Positions 46,601 through 58,016 of a DNA stretch of 64,000 nt are shown piece by piece (position 1 is the first letter of the stretch; each line of letters begins with the position of its first letter). The stretch covers positions 675,751 to 739,750 of the forward strand of contig NW_003314339.1 in assembly GCF_000143415.4 (NCBI RefSeq), in the 5' to 3' direction. A model generated the notes under the pieces. That model searched no databases. It was not told where the DNA came from and saw only the letters and a program-made list of their open reading frames with translations. The translations under genes and the position numbers were made by a program. This DNA is from Selaginella moellendorffii (taxonomy: Eukaryota; Plantae; Lycopodiophyta).

Positions 46601-48313
46601 CCCCTTCACGTACTCGTCGATGTCTTCATTTGACAACTCCAGCTCTTCCATCATCTCTTGCGTGGTGTCAATGCTCACCCTTTCCACGGCCACTTGCTCG
46701 AAGATCCAATCCTTCAATAGCGCACGAGCTCTCAGAGTCGTGCACAAGTCCTCGTATGTCACAATATGGCCGGGAGTCATTTTGGTCTTGTTGAAGACTA
46801 CCTCACCACGTAGAAGAGCATTAGCCACTGTCAGAAGGTCGTCATCGTCTAGAGACCGCGAGAAACGCAAGGCATTGAGCTTCAAATCATTGGGCTTCCG
46901 GCCGTCCTCCACACCCATTGAGTTTAGCAACTCCCCGTCATAGTACCTCCTCAGCACATCTACCCATTTGTCAAAAACAACTTTTGTCGCGAGTAGAATG
47001 TTATGGATGTTGAGTGTGTCATTGACCCCTAGTGTTTTCGAGAGAAGACTCGAGAATTCCTGCAATGGAAATGGCATGAGGCCACATGCTATGCCACATG
47101 CAACGAGGCTTACCTGCCAGGCGCTAGTTGCTAGTGCACGTCCTTGTCCTGGTTTTTGTGGCTTCTTCAGTTGAACCCAGAGCTTCCGTGTTCGTGCCAA
47201 TGTCTCGTGCAGACCCGATTTGTAGCACGTTTCTTGCTTGACATTTTGCGCGTGGGAGATGTATATGATAGATCGGAGGGGCAAGTTGCCTTTTATCAGG
47301 CGGACAACTCTTGTCTTGAAGACTTTCTTCACCTCCTCGCCCACCATAATATCCACAACTATCTCTTGCATCGCCAAGCTAGAATGCTGCCCGGAGACGG
47401 CATAGAACTGGATGTTCTGATCGTCCAACACCTTCCTATTGATCTAGTCTGGAAACCTCGTCTCGCCCTTCATTGTTCGGTAGTAGGGGATCATGTCTGC
47501 GATGTCGGGTGTTACTGGACTTGCCAGCATTTTCTGCTTCAGTTTCTCCTCCCACTCATCAGATACTAGCCTGTGGTTGTATTTGCTTTGGATGTCGATA
47601 CGGCTCACGTCGATTGTATATACTTTGTTGGAATAGTAACAAGTACTATTATCTGCGACGATTTTTGTTGCCTCTTCTTGCTCTTTCTGCTCTTTACGGC
47701 TCTTCTTTTTGGTGGGTGTAGTGTTCAAACCCGAGGCAATGGCATCACCGAGTAGCTTCTTTTTTGGAGCAGGAGAGTCGGACGTCGGCTTGAGCTTGAC
47801 CATCCTTTTCTGCTTCGGGGTAGTTTCCAGATCGACCCCCTTCCCCTTCGCTTTGCGAACTGGAGGCACTCTCAACGGCTCAATGTTGGAATATAGTTTT
47901 TGAACATCGCCATAGGTGAGGTCCGTGGATTCCATATGATCTTCATAGACCCGCAGTGTCTTTGAAATTGTGGGCCTCCTGGACAACCTCTCCCTAGCTC
48001 CCTCTAGGAATTCCTCATAGCCGCTGCCCCCCTCCGGGAAGCCGCTAGGATGTGCAAGGTGGATCTTGAAGGCGGACGCTGTCTCTACCACAAGTGCCAG
48101 TCCATATTCTTGCATGGAACTGCATGGAGTGTTTGTCACTTGGATGAGGATCCCCATGCATTCTTTTCTCCCACCATCTGTGTTGTACAACCTTAGATCT
48201 TCGCCTTCCATCCCGAAAGTCCAACTGGTGAGCTCCTCCCCCTTCTTTGCATCCACATTGACAGTAGCTGGAAGAAGAACGCAATTCCTCGCCTGTTCAG
48301 AAATGCACAACAA
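35645..48313 (-). pseudogene. TE cargo gene: ParB-like / degenerate N4-N6 DNA MTase-like / acidic linker / FCP1-like HAD phosphatase
   Basis: Minus-strand exons join through GT-AG introns (mostly phase 1) across the LTR insertion (VAK|EQQ). Motifs FYAVSGQH, NPEKAP...CVVEYNCGG...AALLKG.P, VFDLNGVL, VWTS, IIDDSPIK. In-frame TAG stops at 47444, 46232, 45007 and 36245; true start upstream of 48293 not resolved. Confidence 0.65.
37461..44715 (+). mobile_element. Non-autonomous family-A LTR element, second copy
   Basis: TSD TTTGG; 5' LTR 37461-39309; PBS at 39313; interior collinear with 8237-12230. The 3' LTR has lost its PPT and first part by a deletion joining at ~43349. Confidence 0.93.
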
Positions 48314-48739
48314 TTAGAGCTGACAGATGAAAAGCTAGCAGCTGGAAATAACGTGAGGCCACACGCCATTCACCACTGCATCAGATGTCTTGAGGCTGCA
48401 TCCTAAGATGGCATGAGGCTACACGCCATCTGTAACCGGACTGCACTCGAGAGCCCAATCGGTGCATGCCAATGTTGCTACTGAATGGCATGTGGCCTCA
48501 TGCCATTTTCTACTTGGCCTAAAAGACTTACCATTTGAAGCCGAATGGAGGCGTGAAAATTGAGGCCGGACTCGCTGGCGAATGTGCACTGTGTGTGCAG
48601 CAGATCGTAGCAGCAAGGCTACTCTGCCACTTACAGTTGGAGAGTGGCGCTGAAATCTCCCGGGACGCCAAGTGGGCTGCGTGTGGGTGGCGGAGTGGGC
48701 AGCGGAGTTGGCGGCGAAGTTACAAACTGGGTGTGTTTT

Positions 48740-49010
48740 GAAGTGGACGCCGATGCACACGAGCGTGATGCGAGCGCGAGTGTGATGCAAGCGCGAGTGG
48801 ACGCCGATGCACACGAGAAACCTGTAGAGAAGGTAGATGAGCGCGAATGTGAGCGTGATCGCGAGTGGGAGCGCGATGCGAGCGCGAGTGTGATGCAAGC
48901 GCGAGTGGACGCCGATGCACACGAGAAATCTGTAGAGAAGTGAGCGTGATCGTGAGTGGGAGCGCGATGCGAGCGGGAGCGCGAGTGTGATGCGAGCGCG
49001 AGCGCGAGTA
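48740..49010. repeat. CpG-rich tandem repeats near the cargo-gene 5' end
   Basis: Repeated GCGAGCGCGAGTGTGATGCAAGCGCGAGTGGACGCCGATGCACACGAG units; a second CpG-rich repeat (GTTGCGGTGTTGCGAGCGG) at ~50510-50640. Confidence 0.7.
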
Positions 49011-51201
49011 CAAAGCAAAATGCAAAACCTAGCCTCACACGCGCGAAATGTCACAACGGTTGGTAATCCCGCCACGTCATCATTCCTCGGACTTGGGCGC
49101 CACCATTAATTTCTGGATTGCCGCGCGCATGCAAGCACGCAAAATCTAAAAGAAATCCGCAACGTCATCATTCCTCGGACTGCATGCATGCGAAATCCAA
49201 AAGAAAGATCATGATTGGGATATCATTTAATACCCTCGCTATATTTATACCATGCATGATTGGATATTCCAAAGCATCTTGTATTTCCAAAAATGCCAGA
49301 TGTTCAACTAAATAAAGAATGGTATACAATGTCCTTCTTGATGACCCTGCAAAGAAGCATCTCGATCGGACACCACATGAGACCACACGAGCCTTACAAT
49401 GTTTCAGGGGCATTTGCCATAGATCTGACCGTTATTTTGCTCCAAGCTTCTACAGTTTGGTGTGCATTGACCTTTCCATCGACACTGCAAAGGGACATCA
49501 CAATCAGATGCGGGATCACAAGAAACCAACTTCACTAACTCTGCTTTCACCAAGATCTACGTAAGGAGTTATGAAATGAAAGGACCCTCTCTATTGAAAT
49601 GTGTTTATGGTCCTAGGGGCATTGTGACATATCAAAGGATTTTGCATCAAGTTATGTATTTGCATGTTTATCAAGCTACTGAATTGCTAAACCCTAAACC
49701 CTCCCTAAATATGTGGCAAATGCTGCATGAAGAAAGATGCCCTTTCTGGGCAAATGCTGTAAGAGGTAGATGCCGAGCAGATGTATCTCAGGCTAGTGAA
49801 GGGGACAAACGAAAGCTAGCTATAAACATGACGGGATGCAAATAGATTACTAGGCTGGTCTTGCGAAAATCAAAAACCATAATTGAAAACATTGAAAATG
49901 CAAAAAGAAAGGTTTATAATATTTTTGAATTTTAAGCAACCAAAGGAATGTAAGTAGGGCATGTGTTTGTAAGTTTAAAAATGCCTCAACCACTTAAATT
50001 CCCAAGTAAATAAAGCTATTTCTATTTTTGGTACAGGTAAACTTTATAGCGTGTGGGCTCATGCAATTTTGAACCCAAAAATGCACCAAAAAATGCTCGA
50101 CTAGCATTATTCTTTGAATGGCGTGTGGCCTTATATTGCCATAAATGGACGTACACACACAGCATAATTATTCCTTTACACGGCAAATAATCTTGGCGCG
50201 GATCGCTGACATGGCATGGCAAAGTTCGAATCACTGACATGGCACAGCTGGATCGAGGCAAGGACATGATGTGACAAAGTTCAACCTCCGACAGCAAAGT
50301 CTAGAAGCTACTCAGTTTGAAATTTGTCAGAGAAGTCATAAGATCTGGTTTGTCAGAGGATTTGATGTGACATTCAAGCGTGTGTTATTTTTGAATTCTC
50401 GAACTCATTCCTAGGTCTATCATTTTTGTGCGCCGTGTTCTTGGTTCCGCTGAGTGCAGTGAGCGCTGCTTGTGTAAGCGGCGTTGTGAGCTGTGGTTTA
50501 TGCGTCTACGAGCGGTTGCGGCATTGCGAGCGCCATTGCGAGCGGCAGTTTATGCGAGTGGCAGTTTGTGCGAGCGGGGCTACGAGCAGTTGCGGTGTTG
50601 CGAGCGGCGCTACGAGTAGTTGCGGTGTTGCGAGCGGCACTGTCTTTGGTGTGGCTACCGCTTCCTCTTGATATTCGGCACTTGTGCTTCCTGGTATGTT
50701 CACCATGGAATGGCTTAGGACCACATTTAGAAATGGCATGAGGCCACATGCCATTTTGGGCCCTTGCAATTTCATGGCTAGCGTATTGTCATGTATGTTT
50801 TTACTTGCCTGCAGCTGTGTGTATATCAAGATGGCATGAGGCCTCATGCCATCTTTGGCCCCTGCTAGCCTATTGCCATATTCCTTTTGAACTGTATATA
50901 TTTTTGTATGGGTGACTAGTCACGCACACAAAAATATATACAGTTGCAGCAAGGCAAAAGGAATATAGCAACAAGCTAGCAGGGGCCAAAGATAGCGTGA
51001 GGCCTCATGCCATTAGTGGTACCACTAATGGCATGAGGGCTCATGCCAATTTTGTGAATGCAAAATTTCACGTGGGTGTCAATAGCATGTTTGAATAATG
51101 GCATGTGGCCTCATGCTATTGAGGTTGTTTGGTATGTTATGATTTAGGCCATTCTCCAATCATTTTTTGTATGGTCTTAACTTCTTTTCTGCACTTTCAG
51201 A

Positions 51202-54027
51202 ATGGCCTTCGCATGTGCGACGCATGTTCCTTCCGTGGATCTTAAGAACCGTGCTACATGGATTCAGGCAAAGGTGTTTCTAAACAACCCCGAGGGGGAG
51301 GTGGTAGCTGAGGGCTTAGCCACAGTTGTCGATCCAAGAGATGCGGTTGCTAATCAAGAATTGGGCTGGGATGATATTGGAGTTGCGATTTTAGAGGTTG
51401 TTGACACAGAAGAAAACAGTCTGACTATTGGAAGCATTGTGCGGTGGAAATTGAGGCACTTAGTGTTTGAGAATGTGAAGGATTCACAATCAAACACCAC
51501 TACAACTGATGACAGAACATCTCTTCATGGGAAAAGAAAGTACACCTTCCTAAAGCGCAGCCAAAGGGATCTGAGCAACGAACCGAAAAGGCAGAAAATG
51601 GCGATGGAGGTTCGAATGGTCTCGACAGTTGCTTGTTGCAAGAGGAGGTGCTGTCAACATGCTGATTGGGATGCTATTGAAGAGGAGAGAGCAAGATACA
51701 AGACATTGTCCTGGAAGGCAGCTCGCAATTTTGTGTATGAGGCATTACGGTCATCTATTGATGCTTCAGAACATCAGGTGGGGGGCATGGTCTTCCAGAG
51801 GGGTTTGGTCTACATGAAGGCATGGAGAATCATTTATGGAGTCCCTCGAACCACATTCTACAGAATCAAAACTGAGTTCGAGGAACAAAGGGTTCAACAG
51901 GCAGTCCATGGGAACGACGGTACGCACAAAACCAGGGGTCATGTTGTATATGGAGAGGCAATCTTCAAGAGGTTTGTCGAGACATGTAGCGAGCAGCAAC
52001 CACATAAAACCCGCCTCTTGGAAGATGGAACACGAGACACCCAACGAGTTCTCCCTTCCATGTATACCAAGGGGGCCATATTGGAAGATGTGAATTGGGA
52101 ACTCCAGAGTAATGGCTACAGGAAGCTGAGCCAATCTAGATTTAGTAGATTGTGGAGCAACAGGTTCAGGGATGTGAGTATAGGAAAGTACTCCAGCTTT
52201 TCAAAGTGTGACGAGTGCACTGCTATCAAAATGGCTTTGTTGAAGAATTCTTGCAGCGCTCAAGAGCGAGAGACGTTGGTTAGAAGGCGGCTCGACCACA
52301 ACATCGAGCAGAGAAGCTGCAGGACTGCATATTATCATAACAGGATTCTCTCCATGGAGAGACCTGACTCTTACCTCTGCATCATCCACGACAAAATGGA
52401 CCAGAAAAAGACGTGCTTACCTCGACTCAATCCTGCCCCCAAGGCAATCTCTACATCCATGCAGCTGCCTGTGTCTCTGTTTGGCATAATCTCTCATGGG
52501 CATGGTGCCCAGAACTATGGGAACTTCTTTGTACCTCTATGGGGTGGCGGGGGTGCAAACATGATGATTGCGTCCCTAGCAAAACACTTAAGGTCTCTGC
52601 AAAGTGCGCAGACTGAGCTGAACGGCCAACCCTTGCATAAGGCCCTTGTCGATCGAACCCCATACAGGGTTCAGCTGGAGGAGGAGCAAAGGCTTGCAGT
52701 ATTGCGTGGGGCCCCATGCCATCCCAGTGAATATGTTGGCTGTCAGATTGTAGGGTTATCACGTGAGGCCTCATGCCATTCCGACGAGGCTGGTCGCCCG
52801 GTGAATGCACAGCCTCATCCAAACGAAGCAGAATCTCAAGGAAGTTCTTGCGGCCGATGTGGCCTTCCACCCCATCTTCTGCTCCAAACAGACAATGCTG
52901 GCAGTGAGAACAACAACATGTACGTCTTCGCGTACTTGGCGATGCTTGTTGCCAAAGGCATATTTGAAACGGTTACACTTGGCTTTCTCATGGTTGGGCA
53001 CACTCATGAAGACGTCGATGCCATGTTCAGTCACCTGGCAGAGTCCCTCTGGCGATCCAATGTCCTCACCCTCCCACAACTCTACGATGAATTCCAAAAC
53101 TGCATCAAAGGCACTGTTGAAGCTGCACTTCTGACAGAGGTTCCAGACTTTAAGGGGTTTGTAAGAGGCTACATCAGGGACGGATCCGAAACGCTGATTG
53201 GCCACTCCAAGCCTCTTCAGTTTCATTTCAGCATGTGTGACGGTGCTGCAGTGATGAGGTACAAGATGAGAGAATGGGACACAGTGTGGCTGCCAGTGGA
53301 CGGCATTGAACTCTTCAAGAGAGATCCCATAATTGGGGAACCTATGATTCCTCAGGGTTCCCCACGGCCGATGCACCCGGATGGACTCAAAGACCAGGAA
53401 AGTATAGTGGCCGGGATTAGACAGCATATTGCCTTCTGGAAGAGGGGGTTGGTGTTTGGTGGAGAATCTTATTTTCAGAGGTGCAAGCCTTTGCTCGAAT
53501 ACTGGGAGAAGATTATATCTGCTATCCAAAATGGGCCGGTTGTATATGAAGAGTTGGAAGAGTCCTTTTGGCCAGAACCCAGAGCACCAGATAGTAGCGG
53601 AACAATGCCCTTTGGAAATGCAGTGACAGATAACGATGTTGAGGATCACTATTGTGGGCCGAGGAACAAGAAGCCGGATTTAGCATTCAATCCAGTACAG
53701 GTCTGCAAAGGAATGGTCGTGCTTGTCAGACCCAGTAATAAAAAACAAATGATATGGGTGGGGCGCTGCATCACTGATGTAGAGGAGGACGCAGAAACTA
53801 ACTCCTTCAATGTAACTGTGGAGTGTTTCAAGCCAAGTTCCGGATATACGAAGGATTACCTAGAAAAGAGATGGGTGCTGAATCCAAGGGATCCCAGCAT
53901 GAGCATATCAGTGGATAATGTTGTGCATGGTTGGATGCGGAAGCAGAGTGCCACCATCACCTTGCCAGACCATGCAAGAGATGCAGCAGGAGCATTCATA
54001 ACCCGGGTTCAAGGTGAGATTCATTAA
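51202..54027 (+). CDS. Sola-like DD(D/E) transposase
   Basis: 941-aa open frame with SKCDEC, IIHDKMDQ, QTDNAGSENNN and FLMVGHTHEDVDAMFS. An acceptor-like TTTCAG at 51195-51200 suggests an upstream exon. Sola subgroup not resolved. Confidence 0.8.
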   Translation: MAFACATHVPSVDLKNRATWIQAKVFLNNPEGEVVAEGLATVVDPRDAVANQELGWDDIGVAILEVVDTEENSLTIGSIVRWKLRHLVFENVKDSQSNTTTTDDRTSLHGKRKYTFLKRSQRDLSNEPKRQKMAMEVRMVSTVACCKRRCCQHADWDAIEEERARYKTLSWKAARNFVYEALRSSIDASEHQVGGMVFQRGLVYMKAWRIIYGVPRTTFYRIKTEFEEQRVQQAVHGNDGTHKTRGHVVYGEAIFKRFVETCSEQQPHKTRLLEDGTRDTQRVLPSMYTKGAILEDVNWELQSNGYRKLSQSRFSRLWSNRFRDVSIGKYSSFSKCDECTAIKMALLKNSCSAQERETLVRRRLDHNIEQRSCRTAYYHNRILSMERPDSYLCIIHDKMDQKKTCLPRLNPAPKAISTSMQLPVSLFGIISHGHGAQNYGNFFVPLWGGGGANMMIASLAKHLRSLQSAQTELNGQPLHKALVDRTPYRVQLEEEQRLAVLRGAPCHPSEYVGCQIVGLSREASCHSDEAGRPVNAQPHPNEAESQGSSCGRCGLPPHLLLQTDNAGSENNNMYVFAYLAMLVAKGIFETVTLGFLMVGHTHEDVDAMFSHLAESLWRSNVLTLPQLYDEFQNCIKGTVEAALLTEVPDFKGFVRGYIRDGSETLIGHSKPLQFHFSMCDGAAVMRYKMREWDTVWLPVDGIELFKRDPIIGEPMIPQGSPRPMHPDGLKDQESIVAGIRQHIAFWKRGLVFGGESYFQRCKPLLEYWEKIISAIQNGPVVYEELEESFWPEPRAPDSSGTMPFGNAVTDNDVEDHYCGPRNKKPDLAFNPVQVCKGMVVLVRPSNKKQMIWVGRCITDVEEDAETNSFNVTVECFKPSSGYTKDYLEKRWVLNPRDPSMSISVDNVVHGWMRKQSATITLPDHARDAAGAFITRVQGEIH

Positions 54028-55656
54028 TATTCCTTTACTAAGTTTCTAATGTATTTTATTTCAAGGTGAACAATCCGAATCTGAATCAGAGGAGGTGTGA
54101 TGGCATGTGGCCTTACGCCATTCCTAGGTGAGATGATACAAATAAAAGGTATAAATTCTTAGTTGTTCTAGCAAATCTTACTTAAAGTTTAAGGTGAACA
54201 AGTCGAATATAAATTCATCGGATTGTTATAACAAATTGCGAGGTGATGGCATGAGGCGATACGCCATTTAAGAGTGGTAGCCATTCCTATATAAGGTGAG
54301 TGAAATATTTATTAGAAATACCTCATTCAATTGTGCACTTCTAAGTCTTGGTCCACTCAGTACTGTTTGCATGTTTTTATTTTAATTCTTTCTCTAAAAT
54401 GTTATTTAGCATGTGGCTTCATGCCATTGCTCTCCACAATCATGCATTGAATTTTTCTATCCTTGCATAATACTTCTCCATATATATAGCATGTGCGCAC
54501 ATGTGATATGGTTCATTAGGCCTAATATAGTGTGTGAGGTAAAACAAAGATGATGTGACATATGCATTTACCAATCACACGTGCATAAATCTAATAATAT
54601 GGTGTGTGGCCCATATTAATGGCATATAAACCCATATTATGGGCTTACGTGCTTTATGTACCATCATTCCCTTGCAGCGTGTGTGTTGGTTTCCTTTTAT
54701 AACACAACGAACTCCATATTTTAGGGTGAAGAGCGTTCTCATGGCAAGCACAAAATCTGTAAGTGAGGCAGAAAAGGAGACGGACAAGGAGATACGTGAA
54801 GATGTAGAATATATAAGTCTTCCAAACTCCCCGTACTATACTCCAGGTGATCATTTTTCTGAACAAACGGCAACATTAACAACTATCGAGAACGCCCCAG
54901 TAACGTCAGAGACAACAATCCAAAGCAAAACAACTGACCCGGAGAAGGATGATAGTACCGCTGAGAGTACCAAAAAGGAGGTGTCCACTAGCGCTTAGGC
55001 TTATAATGGCGTGTGCCCTCATGCCATTTACTTGATCACCAAATACCTTTTTCCCTTTGCACTAGTATATCTTAATACCGGTCTGAGAAATAGAATGGCA
55101 TGTGCCCTCAGGCCTTTTACTAAATCACCTTTGAAAGAAATGCAAGCCTCTATGTCATAAAAAAAAGGTACTAGAGAAATTCCTTAATAATATGAATGTT
55201 ATTTAGTTTCATGAAAATACACTAAGGGTCAAATGAGTTAAATGACTTCTCCAGACTAGCAATGCCTCTTGCTACACCTTCACAATTAGATTCGTTAGAA
55301 AAAGATAACATTGAATAATATCTAAATGTTCTCACCATTAAGTTATATGTCTGGCTAATAGGAATGACGTTCATCTTGGAAAGCTCACCACACGCTCAAT
55401 GAACAAACAAATAGTGTGTGCGCGCATGCCATCGCTCTTCTTTAGCTTTAGATTTGACTTGTTCACCTTGACAATGAGATTTATTATACAACCAGATGGA
55501 CACAGTCTGGACATAAAGTCACCGCACTAGTCACCATGCCCCAGATATGTCTAGCCCCTGGACAAAAAACATATAATTTCACGTCATTTTCAAATACTTG
55601 AAAATTTGTACCTAGTCCCATTTTACTGAATAAATCCCACTTTAACGAAATAGAGC

Positions 55657-56864
55657 ATCACTTGAGGGCACCATCATCCTCTGTTCGATTTCATGCCACC
55701 TTTGGGCACTGAGTTCCAGTTATCATATTGTGTGCTAGGGCTATCCATGGCCCTATCTTTTGGCTACTTTGCCACTCCCTCACCGTGAGCTTTTACTTTG
55801 CCAAATTGGAGCACTTAGGAATCCATCCTTGGAAGTCCACTTCCTTTCCCACAAGCCGTTAGCATCAAACACATTAGTGTTCCTTAGCTAACTTTGCCAT
55901 TTGGATCCCTTCCATTAAATTCCATGGCCCAAACTTGGCCACTAGTCCTTTGCTCCTATCCTTGATTGTTGCACCCAGCAACATAGGATCGCTACCTCCA
56001 TTTTTTAGGTATCCTTTCGGTTCCATAGCAAAGACTCTTCTTTACCAAGTCCAGAGGATGTTCACCCCTAGTACGTCTCTTTAGCATCTTCTGCTATGGG
56101 CTCCATCCACGGCCCAACTTCGTGACCCTCCCATGAGTCTCTTATAGAGACTACTTTCCTTGGACTCACTATGCCATCGCACGGACATAGTTTATTTCCC
56201 TTAGGTGCTCTTCCCACTTGGTCATCATGACCAAGCCACACCACCTTAAACAGTTCAATTTCAACATTTTGAACCAGGAACTTCATTCCTTAGCCAACCA
56301 AGGACCTTGTCCTTATTTGGCCATACGATCACCTAGTGATCTCACCTTGGCACCTTAACAGAGTTGCCAAGAGGTACTTGGTCTTCTAGACCTTCAAATT
56401 GTTGACTATAACCCCGGGGGCATCCCCCACACTTGGCGGTGCACCCAAGCCAGCCCTTACGGCCAAGGGTCCATAGCAACTGAGATTAGGTGTCCCCATC
56501 TCACTCACCACGTCCTTGGTGCCATTTGCACCAAAGCGTTCAAGTTAGATATGCCGAGCTTTCACACTAAGCAATCTAACCATGCATCACGACTCCGAGG
56601 CATCCCTCGCTTGGCGGTGTGCCCAAACCAGTCTCCACACTGAGAGTCCATGACCACCGAAATATGAGTGTCCTCATATTCCAAACCATCACCACGCCCT
56701 AGTGATTTGGGACTTGAACCCAAGCACTAGAGGGTCGGGACTCGAACCCAACCTCCGTATATGCATCTATGGACGGCATCACCCAGGATGCCTGGCGTGA
56801 CTCCCCACGCCGGTGCACCAACTTATACTCAAAGCGTGTTATAGATCACAGCTTAGGAACCTAG
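55657..56864 (-). mobile_element. Family-A non-autonomous internal-region fragment
   Basis: Reverse complement of ~10670-11860 / 41745-42950. Confidence 0.85.
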
Positions 56865-57984
56865 TGTAAGAGACTAATTTTTCCATTCTACTTTAGTCAC
56901 TTAACCACACCTCCGACCACTTGGAGGAGTCTCATTCACAACCTCCATAAGCCCAACTCAGGACTTGGGGCTTGCTAGCCCCAAGAATGGCATCCATGCC
57001 ACTTAACCTTAGCACTTGGTCCAAGTGCTCCACGTGTCCGATCCTATGATCGACACCCCAAGGTACCACTGACATATCAGCCCGTTACGCTAAGGCCATG
57101 CCCATTTACCTTGGTCACACTAGTGGTCCAACACCACCTACATTTCAATCCCGTCTCTCAAAGACTGGGTCATCCATCCATGAGTGGTCATCCCAGATCC
57201 ACTCCTTAACATCCTTAGGATGCCTACAGACATGGGGAATAGCCTTCCCCAATATCTCTGTTTCGGTCCCCACCAAGTCCCTTTCTGTCCTTGGCTGTGT
57301 TCGCCAACACTGCCACTGGATTGAGGCCCACCGGCCCGACCACTAAGTCCCACTATCCTCTAGGACTTCCTCACTGTGTGACTGTGTCCTTGGTCACCAC
57401 ACCGGAGGGCTACCCCTCTTCCTTTCCACAGTCTGGGACTTTGGGACACCATTTCGGAACACCGTGGCCTTACGCAAGCCTCATGGGTACTCTCCCCGCC
57501 TTTTGTCTTTAGGTGCTCTAGCCATGGGCTTAGAGCGAGGTTCCATTGAGCCACACCAGGTATCCAAGTAGGTAGTGCCACCCACACTTGGACTGGGAGC
57601 ATCGGCCAGTCGATCTCTCGGGGGAACTAGAGCCGGCTCTTGAACACTTCACCAAGCTACCCCACTTGTCGGTCCGTGTTCACTCTAGTCTTGGACTTCC
57701 CAGTGGGCAGCTCATCACCCAACACTGGGTCCGGCCTTCCTGGGCCAAACTGGCCTTTCCTGGCCAAACTGGCTCCACTGCAGTCCTCCCCCCTTACTAT
57801 ACTTNNNNNNNNNNNNNNNNNNNNNNNNNNNNNNNNNNNNNNNNNNNNNNNNNNNNNNNNNNNNNNNNNNNNNNNNNNNNNNNNNNNNNNNNNNNNNNNN
57901 NNNNGGACTCGGACTCGGATTCGGACTCGGCCTCGGGCTCGGGCTCGGTCCCGGCCTCGGCCTCGGTCTCGGTCTCGGTCCCGA

Positions 57985-58016
<32 letters not shown>

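Larger units (their letters stand above)
35589..55432. repeat. Dispersed 22-bp palindrome family, consensus ATGGCRTGWGGCCWCAYGCCAT
   Basis: Copies at about 35589, 36666, 36741, 45240, 45431, 45572, 47071, 48348, 48408, 48485, 50118, 50733, 50831 (perfect), 50992, 51028, 51098, 52701, 52758, 54100, 54246, 54406, 55006, 55095 and 55411. Confidence 0.9.
35205..55656 (+). mobile_element. Large Sola-like cut-and-paste DNA transposon with cargo gene (nested LTR element at 37461-44715)
   Basis: Perfect 22-bp TIRs GCTCTATTTCGTTAAAGTGGGA at 35205-35226 and 55635-55656; internal transposase; the same TIR opens a second copy at 62137. No matching TSD found. Confidence 0.85.

Noticed and set aside
36245-47446. 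Programmed readthrough or RNA editing of the four in-frame TAG codons in the cargo gene
   Set aside because: CAG/TGG>TAG decay in a methylated, LTR-disrupted copy is the simpler explanation.
54639-54998. 119-aa ORF repeated at 62795-63154
   Set aside because: Conservation is explained by the overall near-identity of the two transposon copies; no domain recognised, though it could be an exon.
35589-55432. Palindromic repeats as a CRISPR array
   Set aside because: Irregular spacing from tens of bp to kb, no uniform spacers, no cas genes, eukaryotic context.
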